A stretch of DNA of 64,000 bases, taken from NCBI GenBank assembly GCA_946965045.2, contig OX337238.1, positions 1,860,001 through 1,924,000 of the forward strand. Reading direction: 5' to 3'. This document shows positions 57,126 to 64,000 of this stretch, piece after piece. Below the pieces are notes generated by a model. It did not search any database. It was not told the origin of the DNA and saw nothing but the letters and a program-made list of their open reading frames with translations. The position numbers and the translations under genes were made by a program. The number at the start of each line of letters is the position of its first letter. Positions within the stretch are counted from its first letter, which is position 1. This stretch comes from Epithemia pelagica (lineage: Eukaryota > Protista > Bacillariophyta).

Positions 57126-60100
57126 ATGGAACCAACTACACTGACCACACCAGAGTTCAACACCAATCAAAGTATATCTGATCAAGAAGTCTTTGATCAT
57201 ATTACTCAGGTGTTGTTCAACTTTTCCAAGGAAAGGGTCGATGTACTCGTGAAATGGATGCACCATCATGCTTTTGATGATATCCTTAGTATCATTGAAC
57301 ATATGGCAATTGACCCTGAGAAGAACATGGATAGTATGACAAAATACAAGTCAGGAAAACAAATGCACGACCTACATGTCAATACAAGCCAGCAGATCAA
57401 GTTACTTGCCCATTGGTTCCGACAAAGGAGTATCGACATTCAGGGTATACCTTCCAAGGCAACCTGGATGAATCTGACCAAGGCAGAATTTGATCTATGG
57501 AGGATAAACACTGACTTTCGCTCTGGAAGTCCTATCACTGACCCAGTATCAGCTATGAAATCTCCATCCCATTCGACGTCACCCAAATTGTTTAGTACTA
57601 CTTCTGCTGCATCACAGTCCCAACTGGACCTAACCGCATTCAAGAAGGGAACCAAGCGTGACGCTATGGCATATGAAACATTCAAGGATGAACGATACTA
57701 CGACACGTTCTGGAGGACTTTCAAGACCACAGCAAAAGCCCAAGGTTTATCTAATGTTCTTGACTTCCGATACAAGCCGCCGACGAATGATACGTATGCA
57801 ACAGAACTTTTCCAAGAGCAACAAATCTTCCTATACTCCGTCCTTGTGCGCATCATCCAGACTGATCAAGGAAGAGCTTATGTTCGCGAACATGAACATG
57901 ATGAAGACGCACGAGCAGTGTTACAGAAGCTTCACACATTGCATACGAAGTCAGACTTAGCAAAACGAGAGGTCCTACGATTAACCAATTACATCTCCAA
58001 CCTTCGCCTCGATGATACATGGCGTGGATCATCACGTCAATTCTTGCTTCATTTCCAAGACAAACTACGTTTACTCGATAACCTTGTTGATCTCTCTGAT
58101 CGCATACCTGATCACACCAGGATGACGTTTCTTATGCAAGCTGTCGAGAAGGTACCTGACCTTCGCAGAGTTAAAATCTTGGACAACGTCGTCAACACGA
58201 AGTCTGGAGCAAAGTCTTCATGTTATCAGTCGTACTTCTCCATTTTGATGGACGCAGCATATGACCATGATCAAGTCACGCAATCTTCTGCAACTGGTCG
58301 TCGTCGTAGTGTCAAGCAACACGAGCAACACGAAACACAACATGATGTTGAGGGATCCCTTCAGGAAGACAATGCATATCAGATAAACAATACCAACGTC
58401 CAAGATGACAACACGGCATCTCCAAAAGCCAGTCTTCCTCGTGACCTATGGTTTAAACTTCCTGAGGATGCTCGCAAGGTGATTGTTGAGTATAACAAGA
58501 ACGTGCAAGCTCCTACTCCAAGTCCAAGAAACGTACAGCAACACTCCCTTGACATTGATCCTGAATCTGATCCTGACCCTGGTCAAGATGTTTTCGACGA
58601 CCTGGACAACCTCACATATCCGCAGGATGATTCCGATCCAGCCACCCATCTCATCCATCAAGCAATGACGTCAACCGACCTCAATCATCCAGCTTCTGAT
58701 TTGTCTAATGTTCTATCCAATGCCGCATCCAAGACGAGTAAGAAAGTTAGTTTCAAACAGAAAGAGCACAAGCAGAAGATCCACATGGCTCAGTACATGT
58801 TCTCTCGAAAGTCAACCTATCCTGGGAATCAACTCATCGATCGCGGTGCCAATGGTGGTTTAGCCGGAGCTGATATGCGTATCCTTTCCAAGACAGGTCG
58901 TAACATCACGACTGTGGGAATCGACAACCATGAGCTTACTGGTCTCCCTATTGTCACTTGTGCTGCCAAATTTGAAACTAATGACGGGGCAATCGTCGGC
59001 ATCTTCAACGAATATGCATACTATGGAAAAGGACAGTCTATACATGCGCCTTGCCAATTAGAACATTATGGACTATCTGTGGATGAACGTTCTGTCAAGG
59101 TGGATGGGAAGCAACGCATCACTACTCTTGATGGACGTGCTTTACCTCTCTGTATCAAGGATGGTCTTGCCTATATTCAGTATTTGGGTGTTCCTTCTGA
59201 TGACGACATGGACAGATCTGCAAAAGTTGATGGCAAACAATGCATCACTTTACTTGGTGGACGTGCTATCCCTCTTCACAGCAAAAATGGATTATCATAC
59301 ATCCACTCCCTTGGTATCCCCAGTGATGATGACATGGACACATTACCCCAAATCATCTTCACGTCACCTGACATCTGGGATCCTGGTGTTTTAGATCATT
59401 TGCATCCTGCCTCATCACCTGACAGTGCTTCTAACTGGCAACAAGTCAACACTGATGGTAGTATGACGCATCACCCATATGACAATGACAATTATGGGGA
59501 GTACACTGATTGTTACGTCTGTAACCTCACTCACCTTTTGGATTTACCTTACGATCATGGACCTGATACACCTTCCTTCTCCTCACCCCTTATTGGAGAC
59601 TCTTGTTCCAAACTGTACCATCAAGATCACAACATGAGGACTGAGAAGCGCTATCCTACCGTTAAGAAGATGCCTTACGTCATCATAAACGTTTCTGGTC
59701 ATCTTCCTCTTCAGATCCTCAATGGTCGCCCTCCCGATTTTTCCCAACCCCTTTTCTTCCTTCTCTGCGACAAGGTCTTCTCCTGTACCGAATCTTATGC
59801 ACCCTATCTTTGTCCGGATGCCTCTTCAGGGGAGGAGTCACTTCCAAATAAACCCAATGACAAGCAAGCTGACACCGTTTTCATTTGTAGCAAAGGTGAA
59901 GATCCATCCGCACAAATGCCTACGATCAAGAACTGCGACAAAATTTTTGGACAAGCGTTTCCTTACAAACCAGCAGAGGGAAATGGGGAGCAACAACAAG
60001 CATGTATAATCCAACACGTCAATTTAGAACAAGACGCTTTCAAGCAAGAAGCATGTATCAAGAAGTACATTTTCTGCAAACACAATTCCAATATTGACAA

Positions 60101-61379
60101 GAAGGTGATCTCATGCAGTCAACTTGTGGAATACAATGGACAGGACAACCAGGAACAGGCAACTGAAGATGTTGTTTTCCAATTCAGAGATGTTGTCATA
60201 CATCAAGGACCTTCGAGCAGTAACAACAACCCTGACTACAAAGGAAGTCGCTGGAATGAACTTGTTGATTGGGAGACTGGGGAGATGATCTTTGAGCCTC
60301 CAACACCCACCATAACCATTGTTTATGGCAAGAAACATGACCTACTGAATGAACTTGGATGGAAGCATTTCAAGCATTTTGTCAAGATCAGTGAATGCCT
60401 CATTCAAGCTGCTAAACAGCAGTCAAGAATCAAGCAACTCAGTCTTTTTGTCAAGTACAAGTTTGGTTACCCACACGTTCCACAGACACACAAAGAAGCA
60501 ATTGTTTTAGACAAGCAACATGGCAAAAACAAGTGGCAAGACACTACGGATTTTGGACCCTCACAGATTCAATCACTCAAGACATTGAAGGATCATGATC
60601 AAGTTCAAGTCCATCTTGGGAAAATGTTAGATGCACAAGAAGAGTATCAGAACAAGATTCAAGTCTATCGTGTGAAACATGATGATAGATGCAAGGCACT
60701 TCTCGTCACGTGTGAACATTTTACCAAAGAACCAGTTGAGGCAATCTGTCCATGTGCTATTTCCTTTTGCAACTTCCATACTACCATCTACCTTGGGCCT
60801 CTCAATGATATGGATATATGGAGAGCATACATTGGAAATGCATGCAACCTGAAAGCTTTAGCTGGGGAGAAGACCTTGATAGTCGCAAGACAAGAACTCA
60901 AGGAATTATGTCACACCTTGGTTACCTACTACAAGACCTCAAATGGATTCGATTCTTCAGGAGAACGTCAACATGACTGTTTATTTGGTGTCTTTCTTGA
61001 TATGGATTTGTCACCAAGTAAAGCACTTCCCAATGTTTGGATGAAGAAAGCACCCGGGGAGAAGAGCTCTGAAGGTATCTGCAACAACTTTGCACTCAAG
61101 AATGATGGATTTATTATCAACTGCCTCAGACATTTTTATACACCAATCCAGAAGATGTTCTCGGCAAACATTGGAAATTCTCCACATGCTAGACGATGTT
61201 CAAGACCTTCTTCTTCTTCTGGAATGGAAACAATCACAAGAATGACAAAGGAAAATAACAATCCTCACTCGACGAATTGTGGGGAGTGGCAGAATTCTCA
61301 CCAACAACTAGGTTGTGGTGGAATCTACAACTCATCGACTGATGCTAGTATTTTATGGCATCCGATGACATTTTTGTAA
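57126..61379 (+). CDS. Gag-protease plus degenerate pol remnant, 1417 aa, ending inside the 3' LTR
   Basis: Intact-looking gag (FKKGTKRDA, QTDQGRAYV) and protease (LIDRGANGG). Integrase is mostly deleted, RT motifs are corrupted (KHDDRCKA, YIGNAC, no YxDD) and RNase H is not recognisable. No stop codons. Confidence 0.85.
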   Translation: MEPTTLTTPEFNTNQSISDQEVFDHITQVLFNFSKERVDVLVKWMHHHAFDDILSIIEHMAIDPEKNMDSMTKYKSGKQMHDLHVNTSQQIKLLAHWFRQRSIDIQGIPSKATWMNLTKAEFDLWRINTDFRSGSPITDPVSAMKSPSHSTSPKLFSTTSAASQSQLDLTAFKKGTKRDAMAYETFKDERYYDTFWRTFKTTAKAQGLSNVLDFRYKPPTNDTYATELFQEQQIFLYSVLVRIIQTDQGRAYVREHEHDEDARAVLQKLHTLHTKSDLAKREVLRLTNYISNLRLDDTWRGSSRQFLLHFQDKLRLLDNLVDLSDRIPDHTRMTFLMQAVEKVPDLRRVKILDNVVNTKSGAKSSCYQSYFSILMDAAYDHDQVTQSSATGRRRSVKQHEQHETQHDVEGSLQEDNAYQINNTNVQDDNTASPKASLPRDLWFKLPEDARKVIVEYNKNVQAPTPSPRNVQQHSLDIDPESDPDPGQDVFDDLDNLTYPQDDSDPATHLIHQAMTSTDLNHPASDLSNVLSNAASKTSKKVSFKQKEHKQKIHMAQYMFSRKSTYPGNQLIDRGANGGLAGADMRILSKTGRNITTVGIDNHELTGLPIVTCAAKFETNDGAIVGIFNEYAYYGKGQSIHAPCQLEHYGLSVDERSVKVDGKQRITTLDGRALPLCIKDGLAYIQYLGVPSDDDMDRSAKVDGKQCITLLGGRAIPLHSKNGLSYIHSLGIPSDDDMDTLPQIIFTSPDIWDPGVLDHLHPASSPDSASNWQQVNTDGSMTHHPYDNDNYGEYTDCYVCNLTHLLDLPYDHGPDTPSFSSPLIGDSCSKLYHQDHNMRTEKRYPTVKKMPYVIINVSGHLPLQILNGRPPDFSQPLFFLLCDKVFSCTESYAPYLCPDASSGEESLPNKPNDKQADTVFICSKGEDPSAQMPTIKNCDKIFGQAFPYKPAEGNGEQQQACIIQHVNLEQDAFKQEACIKKYIFCKHNSNIDKKVISCSQLVEYNGQDNQEQATEDVVFQFRDVVIHQGPSSSNNNPDYKGSRWNELVDWETGEMIFEPPTPTITIVYGKKHDLLNELGWKHFKHFVKISECLIQAAKQQSRIKQLSLFVKYKFGYPHVPQTHKEAIVLDKQHGKNKWQDTTDFGPSQIQSLKTLKDHDQVQVHLGKMLDAQEEYQNKIQVYRVKHDDRCKALLVTCEHFTKEPVEAICPCAISFCNFHTTIYLGPLNDMDIWRAYIGNACNLKALAGEKTLIVARQELKELCHTLVTYYKTSNGFDSSGERQHDCLFGVFLDMDLSPSKALPNVWMKKAPGEKSSEGICNNFALKNDGFIINCLRHFYTPIQKMFSANIGNSPHARRCSRPSSSSGMETITRMTKENNNPHSTNCGEWQNSHQQLGCGGIYNSSTDASILWHPMTFL

Positions 61380-61995
61380 AAGTGAGAAAAGAATGACGGC
61401 ATGCTCGCAGACCTTTTAATTTCGGCCAAGGCATGCTCGCAATGCACGCGTTATGAGCGACCGATCGGATATTAATTATGGCCCAACACGTGCGCGCCCA
61501 TTATTCTCAAGCGCGCGCAATCAATATCCGAGTACGCACCTCCACGACTTAGCCCAACGGCCTAAGTAACCGAAGCACGAATCACGATCACGCGAGACCA
61601 TATCTCTATTCCCACAAATCAAAGAATGCAAACAGCAACGCGCCAAGGAAACTACCTATATCATGACAAAGCAAGAGCTGTTGGCATTGGTATATGATAT
61701 ACAAGTGCATATACTTCCAATACACAATATCCATGTCTACTCCAACCATACCAGTCCTGTCAGCGCCATGAATATATCAGTCATGCACCCTGACCAGACC
61801 TGCACACCCACACACACACCGTAGTCCTAAAGCTCACAATCATTAACATTACCATATCATCACGTCTTCAGTGTCCTGACTATCCCTACGATAGAACCCT
61901 TGGGTTTCCTTTGTTCTCTGACCCGTGGAGAACCTTGGTATCAGTTGGTAATCGATTGTGGCTCTTCTAGAGCGTGTATTGATGAATCTCTACTA
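61287..61995 (+). repeat. 3' LTR (709 bp, TG...TA)
   Basis: Direct copy of 55841-56549, preceded by the PPT and followed by the TSD. Confidence 0.95.
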
Positions 61996-63675
61996 GTGTT
62001 CATCAGCAGACTCTTCTTCATTTTCTTCATTGCTGGTCGTTTCAGCTTCCATGTCTTCCTCTCCCTGCAGTCTCGTTCGCAGTTGGCCAATGAGATCTTC
62101 ATTGGCTGCCATGTGATCTTCAATCAGTTTTTGTTCTTCAGAGTCATTCGAACGAAGCATGCGCAATTTCAAATCAAACTGGTCCTTGAGTAGGTCTTTG
62201 ATATTACGGTTTAGGTCAGAGTATGCAAGTTTCTCGAACGATCTTGAAATTTTCTTGCGAACCCGACGGTCCTCTTTCTCTTCTCTCTCTTGTTTTACCC
62301 TCTGTCTCTCTGTCTTGTCGTTCTTGTTGTGACGTAGCTTCTGCGTTACCAAGAGTGGAACGGAGGAAGATGAGGGAACAGTGTCCGAGGAAACACTGAC
62401 TTCTGATGATAACTTAGAAAAAGTTTGATGGAGCATGTCATGCTCGTCAAAAAATGCCCACATGTGCAGATAATATGATTTATGGTTTCCCAAAAATGAC
62501 TTTCTGTTATCTCCATCGACATACTCTTCTTCTCCATCACCAGTCACATTCAACCACTTTTGAGACTTCGGATCAATATGGCCAAATGCCTCGTCAGTCT
62601 CTGCACGTTGGCCGCTGCCATTTCCACTCTTGTCCCAATTCATAACAATCCGCATGAGATTGCAACAAGAAAGTGTTCCTAATTTCTCTTTTATTTTGTC
62701 TCCCGTCACAACAGGCATGTTGTAAGGTTTCAGCACGTGGCGTACCTGAAAGTCGTCATGAAGGCTTGGATATGCCTTCGTTATCGGCCAGAACTCTTCA
62801 TCGTTAAACTTCTCCGCGCAAAGTTTGTAGAACGTCTTCGGGCGAATGTCGGAGCTACGTGCATCTGTTGAGGCATGGTCCTGCCATTCATGAATCTTCA
62901 TGTAGGAAGCGTAAACCTCATTTTCGACCATTGCATGAAACAGTCGCAAGTATGGCTCCATACCTACCCATGAATCTGCCGTAGGAGCAAGCACAGCAGA
63001 TGAAGCAGACTCCTCAATTGATTTTACAACAATGGACCGTACGTGCTGTTCTTCTTTTTCCAAGAATTGTCGACAAGCTTTATTCACTATGGGATGGTCA
63101 AGAAGCCATTCTTTACATTTGCCAATGGTCCATGATCGACAGCCTTTTTCTTTTTTGCCAGGATTTTCAAGAGCATGACGGCGGATTACCTCTTTTTTTA
63201 AGTCTTCGGCATTTGGCAACCTTGTAAGACGATCTTGAGCTCTCTTGTAGTCCTTATCTTCTTTTGGGTCACAGAATGAGCTATCTTCTTTCCCATGTAA
63301 TCCAATACACATTGCAAGGAGGGCTTTGCAATTTCCACCAGTGGATAGGAAATGTTGTTCGGAAGGAGAAGTCTCATTTTTGGCTAAATCCGGTGAAAGA
63401 TGATCTTGTGACGATGCCTGGATGGTGGTGGAACTACTGCTTGAATGGGATGAATCAACATTTCTTCGGGTTTGAGGAGCAACAGAAATTGGTGTGGCAA
63501 AGGGATTCGTATGCTGTTGGAGACGCCTCTTGTCCTGGAGAAGGTTGACTTTCTCCGTGTAAAATTGGTGCTCCGACTCTGTCGAGACAAATTTTGTGGT
63601 TGCTGGGTTCTCCTCTTCATCTATTTCTTCAGCAATCACATTGTCTTCATGGGAGGACTTTCCATGAAGACTCAT
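61993..63675 (-). CDS. Harbinger partner (ORF2; putative Myb/SANT-like DNA-binding) protein, 560 aa
   Basis: Lies inside the TIRs, convergent with the transposase. Trp-spaced helical motifs (CRSWTIGKCKEWL, LRLFH, NWDKSGNG, YLHMWAFF) and a C-terminal coiled coil. Myb/SANT identity is inferred from context. Confidence 0.75.
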   Translation of the reverse strand: MSLHGKSSHEDNVIAEEIDEEENPATTKFVSTESEHQFYTEKVNLLQDKRRLQQHTNPFATPISVAPQTRRNVDSSHSSSSSTTIQASSQDHLSPDLAKNETSPSEQHFLSTGGNCKALLAMCIGLHGKEDSSFCDPKEDKDYKRAQDRLTRLPNAEDLKKEVIRRHALENPGKKEKGCRSWTIGKCKEWLLDHPIVNKACRQFLEKEEQHVRSIVVKSIEESASSAVLAPTADSWVGMEPYLRLFHAMVENEVYASYMKIHEWQDHASTDARSSDIRPKTFYKLCAEKFNDEEFWPITKAYPSLHDDFQVRHVLKPYNMPVVTGDKIKEKLGTLSCCNLMRIVMNWDKSGNGSGQRAETDEAFGHIDPKSQKWLNVTGDGEEEYVDGDNRKSFLGNHKSYYLHMWAFFDEHDMLHQTFSKLSSEVSVSSDTVPSSSSVPLLVTQKLRHNKNDKTERQRVKQEREEKEDRRVRKKISRSFEKLAYSDLNRNIKDLLKDQFDLKLRMLRSNDSEEQKLIEDHMAANEDLIGQLRTRLQGEEDMEAETTSNEENEEESADEH

Positions 63676-64000
63676 TGTGGTTGATTCTTGATTCTCGTGT
63701 TGATTTTAACAAAGACAACAACAAGAAGAGATAGGGATGATGTTTGGAGTTTTGAGGAAACCTCGGACGAGGAGCAACCTCGAATCTTGACCTCGATTTT
63801 TGGTCGGAGCGCACTTTGGCCCAAAAATTTTCAAAAGTGCGCCTCGGTCAAAAGTCGAGGTCAAGATTCGAGGGTACACATAACCTATTCATAACCAATT
63901 AGACCAACCTCGAAACTCGAATCTTGATTTTTGCCTCGAATTTTTTTTACCACCCCGATGCGCCTTAGGGGGTATGTTATCGGGCGCGCGGAGCATGGGC

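Larger units (their letters stand above)
55841..61995 (+). mobile_element. Non-autonomous copia (CoDi-like) LTR retrotransposon with 5-bp TSD GTGTT
   Basis: Two 709-bp direct LTRs; GTGTT at 55836-55840 and 61996-62000; PPT ggggag at 61281-61286; single internal ORF. Confidence 0.95.
54227..63957. mobile_element. PIF/Harbinger-superfamily DNA transposon (two convergent ORFs) carrying a nested LTR element
   Basis: ~55-bp TIRs (cggggtggtaaaaaaaa.tcgaggcaaaaatcaagatt.gagtttcgagg) with a few mismatches; AT on both flanks (54225-54226, 63958-63959); subterminal TCGAG repeats; DDE_Tnp_4-like ORF plus partner ORF. Confidence 0.9.

Overview
Eukaryotic nuclear DNA, most likely a diatom or other stramenopile. 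This is inferred from short GT-AG introns, CoDi-type Ty1/copia elements, CryptonS-like remnants and diatom-type gene families. No rRNA, tRNA or CRISPR array was recognised. The window opens in a nearly intact copia retrotransposon (1-~4905). About 14 host genes follow: papain-like protease, 2OG-oxygenase-like protein, Mpo1/HxD/PEMT triple-fusion membrane enzyme, CHMP7, DnaJ-X, sulfotransferase, a head-to-head pair of FG-GAP propeller membrane proteins, ESS2, an ATG2/VPS13-like protein, DBP2, a SUN protein, a transposase-derived gene and a PH-EDR2 protein. A MITE/fold-back-rich gene desert spans ~25-30.6 kb. The last 14 kb is a nested transposon cluster: Crypton, copia-gag and RAG1/Transib-like transposase relics, then a complete two-gene Harbinger-type transposon (54227-63957, AT TSD). 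Inside it sits a very young non-autonomous copia element (55841-61995) with apparently identical TG..TA LTRs, a putative half-tRNA-Asn primer site, and a catalytically dead but fully open pol. Its LTR end recreates the stop codon of the Harbinger gene it landed in. All family assignments are from motif recognition by eye, not database searches.
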